Assembly: GCA_036307105.1 (NCBI GenBank)
Contig: JAXJYD010000009.1
Span: 14,601 to 78,600, forward strand
Source: Clostridia bacterium
GTDB lineage: Bacteria; Bacillota; Clostridia; TANB77; CAG-508
DNA: 64,000 bases
Direction of reading: 5' to 3'
The notes beneath the pieces are model-generated. The model had not been told where the DNA came from, did not search any database, and saw nothing but the letters and a program-made list of their open reading frames with translations. Position 1 is the first letter of the stretch. Each line of letters starts with the position of its first letter. Below are positions 47,297 through 56,992 of the stretch, piece by piece. A program made the translations under genes and the position numbers.

Positions 47297-47962
47297 ATGA
47301 AAAAAATATTTAATTTTTTAAAAAATTCAAAAATAAAAATGATTTTTATTTTATCGTTTTTACTCTTCATATATATAAGTATATGTGCTCTGTCTTATGC
47401 TAGTAATATAACTACTGATATTTCAAATTCAGTCTTTAGATTACATGTAATTGCAAATAGCAATAGCAAAGAAGATCAAGACTTAAAATATAAGGTTCGT
47501 GATAGTTTAATTAAATATATGAATGATATTTGTTCAAATTGTAAAACAAAACAAGAAGCAATAGAATTAGTAACTAAATATCAAAACAACTTTAAACAAA
47601 TATCGTTAGATACCATTCAAAATGAAGGCTACAATTATGATGTTAATATAAATATTGGTAATTTTGAATTTCCAACAAAACAATATGGAGATATTTCTTT
47701 CCCCGCAGGATATTATGACGCTTTGAAGGTAGAAATTGGAGAGGCTAAAGGCCATAACTGGTGGTGCGTTATGTTTCCTCCTCTTTGTTTTGTTGATATT
47801 ACTTCTGGAATTATACCAGAAGAATCAAAAGAAAACCTACAAAATAACATGACCGAAGAAGAATATGCCTTGATTTCAGATGATTCAAGCCCTGATATTA
47901 AATTCAAGTTTAAAATATTAGAATTTTTTAATCAAAATGGTCTAATTACAGCAAAAAAATAG
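47297..47962 (+). CDS. spoIIR: Stage II sporulation protein R
   Basis: FRLHVIANSNSKEDQDLKYKVRD and GHNWWCVMFPPLCF are SpoIIR signatures; N-terminal signal/TM. Confidence 0.85.
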   Translation: MKKIFNFLKNSKIKMIFILSFLLFIYISICALSYASNITTDISNSVFRLHVIANSNSKEDQDLKYKVRDSLIKYMNDICSNCKTKQEAIELVTKYQNNFKQISLDTIQNEGYNYDVNINIGNFEFPTKQYGDISFPAGYYDALKVEIGEAKGHNWWCVMFPPLCFVDITSGIIPEESKENLQNNMTEEEYALISDDSSPDIKFKFKILEFFNQNGLITAKK

Positions 47963-47999
47963 TTGCAATCCTTTAAACTTTATGTTATATTTAGTTAGT

Positions 48000-48037
48000 A
48001 ATAGAGTGTTTAGCTTAATACACTCTATTTTGTATTT
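48000..48037 (+). terminator. Intrinsic terminator after spoIIR
   Basis: 10-bp stem aatagagtgt / acactctatt followed by a T-rich tail. Confidence 0.65.
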
Positions 48038-48152
48038 TAAAAATTTTTATTATTTAAATTTATAAAAAATTAAACTCCAAATAATTTGTGGTCTTTTATT
48101 TTTAACTATAAGTTCAAATAATATTATGTATATAATCTAGGGGGTATTTTAA

Positions 48153-49412
48153 TTGGAAAAATTAGTAGTTAAAGGTCCTACTCCTTTAAAAGGTGAAGTT
48201 ATAATAAATGGAGCAAAAAATGCAGCAGTTGCACTTTTACCTGCAGCACTTTTAGTAGATGGCTGTTGCACAATTGAGAATTTACCTAATATAAGTGATA
48301 TAAAAATATCTTGCAAAATTTTAGAAAAATTAGGTGCAAAAATCACTTGGAATAATAAAAATAGTGTAACTATAGATTCTACAAATATCACTACAACACA
48401 TGCGCCATTAGATTTGACAAGCAAATTTAGAGCATCTTATTATATAATTGGTGCAATGCTTGGTAGAATGGGTGAAATTGAAGTTGGTATGCCTGGTGGT
48501 TGCAAATTAGGAGCTAGACCTATTGACCAACACATTAAAGGATTTGAATTATTAGGAGCAAATATTACTGTAGAAAAAGGAACCATTTATGCAAAGTCAA
48601 AAAAATTAAAAGGTTCACCTATTTATATGGATATTGTATCTGTTGGAGCTACAATTAATGTAATGCTTGCAAGTGTATTAGCTAAAGGCACTACTATTAT
48701 AGATAACGCAGCAAAAGAACCTCATATTGTTGATGTTGCCAATTTTTTAAATACCATGGGGGCAGATATTAGAGGAGCTGGAACAGATGTAATAAAGATT
48801 AATGGTGTAGAAAAATTACATGGTGGAGCTACATATTCTGTTGTACCAGATCAAATTGAAGCAGGAACCTTCATGCTTGCAGCCATAGCAACAAAAGGTG
48901 ATATTACTTTAAAAAATTGTATTACAAAACACTTAGAATCAATTACTGCAAAAATATTAGAAGTTGGTGGAAATGTAGAAGATAACGGTGATAGTATAAG
49001 AGTTTGGTGTAATAAAAGACCAGGAAAAGCAAATATAAAAACCCTACCATACCCAGGATTTCCAACTGACTTACAACCTCAAATGGGAGTTGTTTTATCT
49101 CTAGCTAATGGTACAAGTACTATTACAGAAAGTATCTGGGACTCAAGATTCCAGTATACAGATGAATTAAACAAAATGGGGGCACAAATTACTGCTCAAG
49201 GAAAAATAGCATTTTTTGAAGGTGTAAAGAAATTATATGGAGCACCCGTATACTCTACAGATTTAAGAGCTGGTGCAGCTTTAGTAATTGCTGGTACAGC
49301 TGCTGAAGGTGTAACTGAAATTTATAACCTAGAACATATTGATCGAGGTTATGAAAATATAGAAGAAAAATTCAGAAAACTTGGAGCAAATATTGAAAGA
49401 GTAAAAGAATAA
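48153..49412 (+). CDS. murA: UDP-N-acetylglucosamine 1-carboxyvinyltransferase
   Basis: TTG start after GGGGG. KGEVIINGAKNAA N-terminus and active-site GGCKLGARPID. Confidence 0.95.
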   Translation: MEKLVVKGPTPLKGEVIINGAKNAAVALLPAALLVDGCCTIENLPNISDIKISCKILEKLGAKITWNNKNSVTIDSTNITTTHAPLDLTSKFRASYYIIGAMLGRMGEIEVGMPGGCKLGARPIDQHIKGFELLGANITVEKGTIYAKSKKLKGSPIYMDIVSVGATINVMLASVLAKGTTIIDNAAKEPHIVDVANFLNTMGADIRGAGTDVIKINGVEKLHGGATYSVVPDQIEAGTFMLAAIATKGDITLKNCITKHLESITAKILEVGGNVEDNGDSIRVWCNKRPGKANIKTLPYPGFPTDLQPQMGVVLSLANGTSTITESIWDSRFQYTDELNKMGAQITAQGKIAFFEGVKKLYGAPVYSTDLRAGAALVIAGTAAEGVTEIYNLEHIDRGYENIEEKFRKLGANIERVKE

Positions 49413-49442
49413 ACATTAATAACTAAAGAAAGAAGATTAATT

Positions 49443-50231
49443 ATGCTAAATTTTTGTAGTTTATATAGTGGAAGCAGTGGAAATAGTCTTTTTGTAGAAT
49501 CTAAAAACACTAAGTTATTAGTTGATGCTGGTGTTAGCTGTAAAAAAATTGAAACTGCTTTAAATGATATTAATATTGATCCATCATCTCTAGATGGAAT
49601 ATTAGTAACACATGAACATACAGATCATGTACAAGGCTTAAGTACGCTTTCTAAAAAATTTGATTTACCTGTATTTGTAAATCAAAAAACCTTAGATGCA
49701 ATGCCAAAACAGAAGGACAAACTATCTGATAGTAATGTTAAAATATTTAATATTAATGAAAATTTTGAAATAGGAGATTTAAAGATTCATCCATTCTCTA
49801 TTCCCCATGATGCTGCTAATCCTTGTGGTTTTAACATATATAAGGATAATAAAAAAATCAGTATTGCAACAGATATTGGTCATATGACAAATGATATATT
49901 AAAAAATTTAGAAGAAAGTCTATTCATTTTGCTAGAATCTAATTACGATCCAGCAGTCCTTAGATGTTCTGCATATCCATTTAACTTAAAATCTAGAATT
50001 GCTGGGCCTATTGGACATTTATCAAATGAAATTGCTGGAAAAACAATTTCACATTTATTAAAAACAGGCTTAAAATCTGCAATGCTTGGACATCTGAGTA
50101 AAGAAAGCAATTTCCCTGAACTTGCATATCAAACAGTTTTAAATGAATTAATTTTAAATAATTATGATGAAAATAACTTTTCTCTTGATGTTGCTTCTAG
50201 AGATAAACATAGTAAATTAATTGAGTTATAA
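49443..50231 (+). CDS. MBL-fold metallo-hydrolase
   Basis: HEHTDH zinc motif; 262 aa. Confidence 0.85.
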   Translation: MLNFCSLYSGSSGNSLFVESKNTKLLVDAGVSCKKIETALNDINIDPSSLDGILVTHEHTDHVQGLSTLSKKFDLPVFVNQKTLDAMPKQKDKLSDSNVKIFNINENFEIGDLKIHPFSIPHDAANPCGFNIYKDNKKISIATDIGHMTNDILKNLEESLFILLESNYDPAVLRCSAYPFNLKSRIAGPIGHLSNEIAGKTISHLLKTGLKSAMLGHLSKESNFPELAYQTVLNELILNNYDENNFSLDVASRDKHSKLIEL

Positions 50232-50304
50232 TTACAAAAAAATATTACTATTATGAAAACAATCAAAAATTAATTACAAAACTTTAAAACTTCTAGGAGG
50301 AAAA

Positions 50305-50784
50305 ATGTTAAGTATTAATATAATTTGTGTTGGAAAAATAAAAGAAAAATATTTAAAAGATGCTACTGAAGAATATACTAAAAGATTGTCAAAGTATTGT
50401 AAGTTAAATATTATTGAACTTACTGATGAAAAAATACCAGATAAATTGTATTCTAAATTAGAACAGGAAATAAAAACAAAAGAATGCACTAATATTATGA
50501 ACCATATAAAAAAAGATTCTTATGTAGTTGCATTGGACTTAAGTGGAATAGAATATACTTCTGAAGAATTTTCTAAACAATTAGAAAAACTATCTATGAA
50601 AACTAGTCATATAACCTTTATAATCGGTGGGTCTCTTGGATTAACAGATAATTTATTAAAAGAATGTAATTCAAAAATCTGTTTTTCCAAAATGACTTTT
50701 CCACATCAATTAATACGTGTTTTTCTATTAGAACAAATCTTTAGAGCTTTTAAAATACAAAATGGTGAAACTTATCATAGGTAA
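50305..50784 (+). CDS. rlmH: 23S rRNA (pseudouridine1915-N3)-methyltransferase
   Basis: 159-aa SPOUT protein; IICVGKIKEKYLKDA and IGGSLGL motifs. Confidence 0.92.
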   Translation: MLSINIICVGKIKEKYLKDATEEYTKRLSKYCKLNIIELTDEKIPDKLYSKLEQEIKTKECTNIMNHIKKDSYVVALDLSGIEYTSEEFSKQLEKLSMKTSHITFIIGGSLGLTDNLLKECNSKICFSKMTFPHQLIRVFLLEQIFRAFKIQNGETYHR

Positions 50785-50845
50785 GTTTTGTTTTTTCATA
50801 TTATATATTTAATTCACTATTGTCATTGACGTAATTTTTTAGGAT

Positions 50846-51382
50846 TTATATCATAAAATTGCAAACTATAACACTTGTAATTATCCCTACTATATCAGCA
50901 CATAATGCTGCTAATAAAATGTATCTTGTTTTTTTCACTTTTATGCTACTTGTATATATAGCAATTGTATATATAGTAGTTTCTGTTGACCCCATAACTG
51001 TAGAAGCAATTTTTCCTAATTTGCTATCTACACCATAATTATTCATAATATCTGTAGCAATTGCTATGGAACTACTTCCTGATATAGGTCTTAGTATTGC
51101 AAGTGGCATTAATTCACTAGGAAAATGAATTATGTTTAAAATTGGACCAACAATATAATTAATTAAATCTAAAATTCCTGAACTTCTTAATGCTCCAATT
51201 GCTACAAATAATCCTACTAGTGTTGGAAAAATATTTAACGTAATTTTTATTCCTTCTTTTGCTCCTTCTAAGAAATTATCAAATATATTATTTCTTTCTT
51301 TCATACTACATATTACTATAGTTAAAATAATCATCGGCATTGCTAAATTTGAAATAAAAAATATTAATTTCATTTTTAACAT
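50846..51382 (-). CDS. spmB: Spore maturation protein B
   Basis: 178-aa polytopic membrane protein (nucleoside-recognition/Gate domain) paired with spmA. Confidence 0.8.
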   Translation of the reverse strand: MLKMKLIFFISNLAMPMIILTIVICSMKERNNIFDNFLEGAKEGIKITLNIFPTLVGLFVAIGALRSSGILDLINYIVGPILNIIHFPSELMPLAILRPISGSSSIAIATDIMNNYGVDSKLGKIASTVMGSTETTIYTIAIYTSSIKVKKTRYILLAALCADIVGIITSVIVCNFMI

Positions 51383-51394
51383 GTTCTCCTTTTT

Positions 51395-51982
51395 TCATTT
51401 TGTAACTTTAATTAGAATTTTTGTAACAATTATTCCGGTAATAGCAGCAAATAATGTTGCAATCCATACTGGAAAAACTATTGAAGTTACATTTTCTGAA
51501 CCTAATGAGTTCCTAATCGCAATGACTGTAGTAGGTATTATTTGTATAGATGCCGTATTTATTACTATAAACATCATCATTGAATCAGTCAATTTTTCTT
51601 TATCTTCATTTTCTTTATTCATAGATTCCATTGCTTTTAATCCTAGTGGTGTTGCTGCATTTCCTAGCCCTAAAATATTTGCAATCATATTCATAGATAT
51701 CTCTTTTTGAATTTTTCTATTGTTTTTTAATTCTGGAAATAATAATTTTATAAGCGGTTTTAATATATTACCTAGAGTATCAATTATTCTTGTATTATTA
51801 GCTATTTTCATAATTCCACTCCATAAGCACATAGTTCCCAATAAATTAATCGTTAAATTTATTGCACTCTCTGTACTTTCAAAAATTGAAGAATTTAACT
51901 TTTCTAAATTTCCAGAAAAAATAGCAAAAGAAAAAGATATTATTATAAAAATTGGCCAAACTATATTTAACAAAATAATCAC
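51395..51982 (-). CDS. spmA: Spore maturation protein A
   Basis: 195-aa membrane protein with a Gate domain, upstream of spmB. Confidence 0.8.
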   Translation of the reverse strand: MIILLNIVWPIFIIISFSFAIFSGNLEKLNSSIFESTESAINLTINLLGTMCLWSGIMKIANNTRIIDTLGNILKPLIKLLFPELKNNRKIQKEISMNMIANILGLGNAATPLGLKAMESMNKENEDKEKLTDSMMMFIVINTASIQIIPTTVIAIRNSLGSENVTSIVFPVWIATLFAAITGIIVTKILIKVTK

Positions 51983-52108
51983 CTATAAATTTTATTCTAA
52001 TATTTTACTTTTTATTACAATTTAATTGACCTTAAGCCTCATTTATGATATATTAGTCGTGTAAATAAAGGATTGTTAAAATATAAACTTTTAAGGAGGA
52101 TTTGAATT

Positions 52109-52363
52109 ATGAAATCAACAGGAATCATAAGAAGAATGGATGAACTAGGACGAGTTGTTATCCCTATAGAAATAAGAAATCAATTTGATATTGTAGAAAA
52201 AGATCCAATGGAGATTTATGTGGACGGTTCTTCAATAGTGTTAAAAAAATTTGAACCTAATTGCATTTTTTGTGGCAACACAAAAAATTTATTAGAATAT
52301 AAAGATAAATTAATTTGTGAAAAATGTTTAAAAAAAATTGGTAATTTATCGCAAGAAAAGTAA
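52109..52363 (+). CDS. abrB: AbrB-family transition-state regulator
   Basis: MKSTGIIRRMDELGRVVIPIEIRNQFDI... SpoVT/AbrB swapped-hairpin N-terminus. Confidence 0.9.
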   Translation: MKSTGIIRRMDELGRVVIPIEIRNQFDIVEKDPMEIYVDGSSIVLKKFEPNCIFCGNTKNLLEYKDKLICEKCLKKIGNLSQEK

Positions 52364-52426
52364 ATAAATCCCCAAAATCTGGGGATTGTTTTTGTATTAA
52401 TATTTTTTCATTATTATCAATATTAT

Positions 52427-53260
52427 TTATTTAATAAAATATTTATAAATATCATTTTTACTTACATTTCTATCTTTTGCAATTTTTTTAATAATTTCTT
52501 TTTTATCTAATCCTTTATTCTTATAATAATCAAAATGTTCTTCTAAAGTCAACTTGTTAAAATGGTTTTCTTCAGTATTATTTTTATTTTTTTCAATAAT
52601 TATTATCATCTCCCCCTTTAGATTACCAGCAATATTTAAAATTTCTTCTACTGTTCCTCTAATATACTCTTCATGAATTTTTGTAATTTCTCTTGCTATT
52701 ACTATTTTTCTCTTTTCTAATATGTTTTTTAAATCATTTAGAGTATTTTTTAATTTATGAGGTGCTTCATATAAGATAATAGTTTTATTAGATTTTCTTA
52801 TTTCTTCTAATTTATTTCTTCTATTTTTCTTATTTAATGGTAAAAATCCTAAAAAGATAAATTCTTCAGTGTCTATTCCTGAGACAATAAGAGCATTAAT
52901 CATTGCACATGCTCCTGGAATTGGAACAACTATTATATTTTCATCTATACATTTTTTAATTATTATTTCCCCAGGATCACATATGCCTGGAGTACCAGCA
53001 TCTGAAACGACCGCTACATTTTTACCTTCTTTTAATTCTTTTATTAATCCATCTACTCTTATTTCTTCATTATGTCTGTGGTAGCTTATCATAGGTTTTG
53101 ATATATTTAAATGATTTAATAATTTTAAAGTATGTCTTGTATCTTCTGCAGCAATTAAATCTACATTTTCTAATACTCTAATAGCTCTTAAAGTAATATC
53201 TTCTAAATTGCCTATTGGTGTTGCTACAATATATAAAATTCCATATTCTTTAACTTGCAT
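52427..53260 (-). CDS. rsmI: 16S rRNA (cytidine1402-2'-O)-methyltransferase
   Basis: GILYIVATPIGNLEDITLRA N-terminus; tetrapyrrole-methylase fold. Confidence 0.92.
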   Translation of the reverse strand: MQVKEYGILYIVATPIGNLEDITLRAIRVLENVDLIAAEDTRHTLKLLNHLNISKPMISYHRHNEEIRVDGLIKELKEGKNVAVVSDAGTPGICDPGEIIIKKCIDENIIVVPIPGACAMINALIVSGIDTEEFIFLGFLPLNKKNRRNKLEEIRKSNKTIILYEAPHKLKNTLNDLKNILEKRKIVIAREITKIHEEYIRGTVEEILNIAGNLKGEMIIIIEKNKNNTEENHFNKLTLEEHFDYYKNKGLDKKEIIKKIAKDRNVSKNDIYKYFIK

Positions 53261-53406
53261 TTCATAACTCCTTAAATCTATTTTTTTCTATTTTATTCTT
53301 TTTTTATCTATTTTTTTCGAATTTATTCTAATTTTTTTCTATAAATATTTATATTTATTATTTATTGTTTTTTAATATTTTAATTATATTATTATTTTCT
53401 TTTTTT

Positions 53407-54153
53407 TCAGTATTTATTATTATAAATTCCTAAAATTTCATCTGTGTAATTCCCATTATTATCATAAATATATAGATTTTTTTCTATTAATAAAAATGGT
53501 TTTGCATTTTTTATTCCTTTAATTAAAATTAATTTTGGTTCTTTATTTATATTTGAATATACCATTTTTAAAATTTTAGGTTCAATTTTATTTTTTCTCA
53601 TTAAACTAAAAATATCTACTAATCTTTCTGGTCTATGAACCATATATAATTCGCCTTTATCTTTTAACAAATCACTTGATACCTTAATAAAATCTTCTAG
53701 AGTAGCTGTAATTTCATGCCTTGAGATTGTTTTCTTTTCATTTTCATTTATAATTCCTGTTTCTTTTTTCTTATATGGAGGGTTTGTAACTATAACATCA
53801 AAACTTTGCTTTTCATATATATTTTTTAAATTTTTTATATTCTCATTAACTACTTTAAATTTATTTTCTAGGTTATTTAATTTACTACTTCTATTAGCCA
53901 TTTGAGCAACTTCTTCTTGAATCTCTACACCGATAATATTATTTAGATAAGTTTTTCCACATAATAAAATAGAAATAATTCCTGTACCTGTTCCTAAATC
54001 TAAAACATTTGCACCTTTTTTTAAATTTTTTGCAAAGTCTGCTAAAAGTACACTATCTATTCCAAAACAAAATCCTTCCTTATTTTGTATTATTTTTAAG
54101 TTTTTAAATTCTAAATCATCTATTCTTTCATTTTCTTTTAATTCAATTTCCAT
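53407..54153 (-). CDS. tRNA (adenine-N6)-methyltransferase-like SAM-dependent methyltransferase (YfiC/TrmN6-like)
   Basis: SAM motif VLDLGTGTGI and catalytic NPPY (VTNPPYKK). Confidence 0.8.
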   Translation of the reverse strand: MEIELKENERIDDLEFKNLKIIQNKEGFCFGIDSVLLADFAKNLKKGANVLDLGTGTGIISILLCGKTYLNNIIGVEIQEEVAQMANRSSKLNNLENKFKVVNENIKNLKNIYEKQSFDVIVTNPPYKKKETGIINENEKKTISRHEITATLEDFIKVSSDLLKDKGELYMVHRPERLVDIFSLMRKNKIEPKILKMVYSNINKEPKLILIKGIKNAKPFLLIEKNLYIYDNNGNYTDEILGIYNNKY

Positions 54154-54324
54154 ATTTCCTCTTTTTTGTTTTTATTATAATTATAATTTTTTTAATTTTT
54201 AATTATTTTTTTAATGTCTAAAAATTTAGCTAACTATTTTTTTATAGTTTTTTCTCAACACTTTTTATTTTTCACATATTATATAATAAAAAGCAAAAAT
54301 TTGCAAAAATCAAGGTGTTGTCTT

Positions 54325-54498
54325 ATGCATTTTAATTTAAATAGTAAAAGAGGCGATAAAAAATCACCTCAAAAAAATTCTTTTGATTTTAAAAAATATA
54401 TGAAAAATACTTTTAACTCATTAAATGATGTTGAATATTTTTTAAATAATTTTCAAAAATTAAAATACTTTTTAAAAATATATAAATTATTTAAATAA
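54325..54498 (+). CDS. Small basic hypothetical protein
   Basis: Start at MHFNLNSK after AAGGTG. Weak; AT-rich low-complexity context. Confidence 0.3.
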   Translation: MHFNLNSKRGDKKSPQKNSFDFKKYMKNTFNSLNDVEYFLNNFQKLKYFLKIYKLFK

Positions 54499-54562
54499 TT
54501 TTATATATTAAATATAAATCTTCACCTTATAAAGCAATAATATATTTTACATTTTTACTATA

Positions 54563-55807
54563 TTAGGCAATTATGTGGTTTTCTCTTTTTATTTTTAATA
54601 ATTCCGTTTTGTTTATTTCTAATATTTCTTCTATAGTCTTGTCATCTATCTTACTTTTTATTAAATTTAAAATTAATTTATTCATTCTGTTATTAATATT
54701 GGCTTCTTTTTCTTTTACTTCATTTTCTTTTTCTTTTACTTCATTTTCTTTTTCTTTTACTTCATTTTTCATTTCATTTACTCTATTTTCTTCTGCTTTT
54801 ACTTCATTTTTCATTTCATTTACTCTATTTTCTTCTGCTTTTACTTCATTTTTCATTTCATTTACTCTATTTTCTTCTGCTTTTACTTCATTTTTCATTT
54901 TATTTACTCTATCTTCTTCCACTTTTACCTTTAATAATAACTCATCAATATAATCTCTTACCATTTCAACAAAATTCATTCTACTCTCTCCTCCTTCTAA
55001 TTTTCTTACTATAATTTCATTATATTTCTTAGTATCTATTTTATCATTAACTATATAATTAATAACCCTTCTTAAAAAATAAATCTGTTTTTTATTTAAA
55101 TCATTATTTAAAATCTCTAATAGGTTTTCTTCGAATTCTTTTATAGTTGTAGCTTTTTCTAATAGCATTACTTTCTCTAATAAATTATTACTTTCTAATA
55201 ATTCTTTATCAGAATATTTATTTATATCTATTACTTCGAATTGTGCAAATAATCTATTAGTAACCCCCTTTAGCTTTCTTTGCTTGTTAGTAATATACTT
55301 TTCTACATTCCAATTTTGATTTCCAGTATATATTACAAATGAATATACCGCTGGTATTTTATAATCTTTAGTATTTAATCTTGTTCTATCTATTGCACTA
55401 TCTATAATTTCCATATTGTACTTTAAGATTCTATATGGCATTGCATAATCTATTTTAGATTGATGTTCAATTAGAAAAAATATATCTTCATCTACTTTTT
55501 TATATATAATATCGCTTTCAATATTAAAAAAATCTTGTGTTATAAATTTTCTATTATATCTTTCTATATCTTCTGCTTTTAACTCATTTATTGTATTTTT
55601 AATTTTTAAATTTTTATTTAAAAATTCTATTGCTTCATTTTTATCATCTAAAATTTCTTTAAATATTTTATCATGTGGTTGATGTAATTCTTTTTTCTCA
55701 AATCTATATTTTTGTTTTTTGTCGTTTAGTATAAATAAAAATGAATTTTTATCTTTTAATTTTAATAAATAATAAATATAATCATTATATGTAAATGGTC
55801 TCATCAT
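54563..55807 (-). CDS. Rpn-family recombination-promoting nuclease / putative transposase (PD-(D/E)xK), with C-terminal tandem repeats
   Basis: N-terminal HQPHDKIFKEIL...IEHQSK pattern typical of Rpn/YhgA-like proteins. C-terminal EENRVNEMKNEVKA x3-4 and EKENEVK x3. Confidence 0.75.
   Translation of the reverse strand: MMRPFTYNDYIYYLLKLKDKNSFLFILNDKKQKYRFEKKELHQPHDKIFKEILDDKNEAIEFLNKNLKIKNTINELKAEDIERYNRKFITQDFFNIESDIIYKKVDEDIFFLIEHQSKIDYAMPYRILKYNMEIIDSAIDRTRLNTKDYKIPAVYSFVIYTGNQNWNVEKYITNKQRKLKGVTNRLFAQFEVIDINKYSDKELLESNNLLEKVMLLEKATTIKEFEENLLEILNNDLNKKQIYFLRRVINYIVNDKIDTKKYNEIIVRKLEGGESRMNFVEMVRDYIDELLLKVKVEEDRVNKMKNEVKAEENRVNEMKNEVKAEENRVNEMKNEVKAEENRVNEMKNEVKEKENEVKEKENEVKEKEANINNRMNKLILNLIKSKIDDKTIEEILEINKTELLKIKRENHIIA
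54698..54928. repeat. Coding tandem repeats: about three 21-bp units (54698-54760) and four 42-bp units (54761-54928; three identical, one variant)
   Basis: Units ttcattttctttttcttttac and ttcatttttcatttcatttactctattttcttctgcttttac, read directly from the sequence. Confidence 0.9.
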
Positions 55808-56092
55808 TTTCTCCTTTAATTAAATTATAGTATATTTTGATTTTGTTGTCAATTTCAACTTTTTAGTAAAATTATTAATATAAATTTTATTTTTCTCATT
55901 TTCTTTATTTTTCTTTTATTATCACCTGATTTCTTTTTTTAGAAATTTTTAATTTTAGATTTAAATTTTGAATAAAATTATTTGATTTAAAATTTTAGAA
56001 TAAAAACACAGAATACAATTTTTGATTTGTAAATCTTTAACAGTATACAACAATTTCCATTTATTGTCAATAGGATTATATACAAATAAAGC

Positions 56093-56124
56093 GGGTATTT
56101 ATATTTTATTAACTTTAAATACCC
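56093..56124 (-). terminator. Hairpin downstream of the gerM-like gene
   Basis: 9-bp stem gggtattta / taaataccc, followed on the minus strand by GCTTTATTTG. Confidence 0.5.
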
Positions 56125-56136
56125 TCATATTTGTTG

Positions 56137-56688
56137 TTAATTATTGTTCTTCAAACTATATATTTCGTTAAATTCATCATTTTCATTTCCATTTATTAAA
56201 ATTTTAACACTATTAATTTCTGTTAGTTGAGTTAATGTATTCACTAGACTATTAATTAAATTTTCTTTCCCATTTTCTTCTGCTTTATTATAATTTAATA
56301 GCTCAGATGAAAAATCTAAAACAACGCAATCATTATCCATATAACTTTTATTTAATTTTGTATTTTCAGAAATTATTCTTTCTTCTTTTTCGTTCTTAGG
56401 TCCATCAATTAATAATTGCACTAACTTATCACATGGATCGTTTATTATTTCTTTAATATCAATTAACCTTGCTTCTGGTACTAATTCTTTGGTTTCTTTT
56501 GATTGAAAATATAAACTTACAATTGTTTGTCTTAGTTGATCTTCAGATATTTCTTCTTGTGGTGTATATTCAGCTGTAATATTTTCTTCCTCTTTTTTAT
56601 TTTTTACAATTTTTATTGCATAATATCCCCCTATCAATAAAATAATTAATAAACTACTAAATATAATAACAATTTTTTTATTTTTCAT
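56137..56688 (-). CDS. gerM: GerM-like sporulation/germination protein (membrane-anchored)
   Basis: 183 aa with an N-terminal TM. Fits the GerMN-domain family loosely (ETKELVPE...LINSLVNTLTQLTEINSVKILINGNE). Confidence 0.65.
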   Translation of the reverse strand: MKNKKIVIIFSSLLIILLIGGYYAIKIVKNKKEEENITAEYTPQEEISEDQLRQTIVSLYFQSKETKELVPEARLIDIKEIINDPCDKLVQLLIDGPKNEKEERIISENTKLNKSYMDNDCVVLDFSSELLNYNKAEENGKENLINSLVNTLTQLTEINSVKILINGNENDEFNEIYSLKNNN

Positions 56689-56836
56689 TTATACAGACTC
56701 TCCCTTCTCAAGGTACAACTTAGTTTGTAAAAGTTATCTACTTTTTTCAAACCTTTCTCCTTGAAATTTATTATTTACAATAAATAATATTATTTGTTTG
56801 TCCAAAATATTACTTGTATCTTCAAATTTTTTCCAT

Positions 56837-56865
56837 TTGACAAAAAGCCATTTTCCATATAAAAT
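56837..56865 (+). promoter_or_regulatory. Sigma-A promoter (TTGACA-17-TAAAAT) for the activase gene
   Basis: Consensus -35, 17-nt spacer, about 125-nt leader. Confidence 0.5.
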
Positions 56866-56992
56866 TAAGGGTGTTGAAGTATAAAAAATATAAGAAAGAA
56901 TTTGGATATAAATAACTATTAAAATTAATTTATATTCTTATTCTATATGGTACATTAATAGCCATATATACCTTATGAAAGGATTGAAAAAT

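Noticed and set aside
53261-53406. Degenerate T-rich repeats (tctattttttt / ttattc units) between rsmI and the methyltransferase gene
   Set aside because: This is low-complexity AT-rich spacer. The units are imperfect and irregularly spaced, and the region is not CRISPR-like.
54698-54928. Possibility that the regular repeats are a CRISPR array
   Set aside because: The units are directly tandem with no spacers, in frame inside a long ORF, and encode a repetitive coiled-coil peptide.
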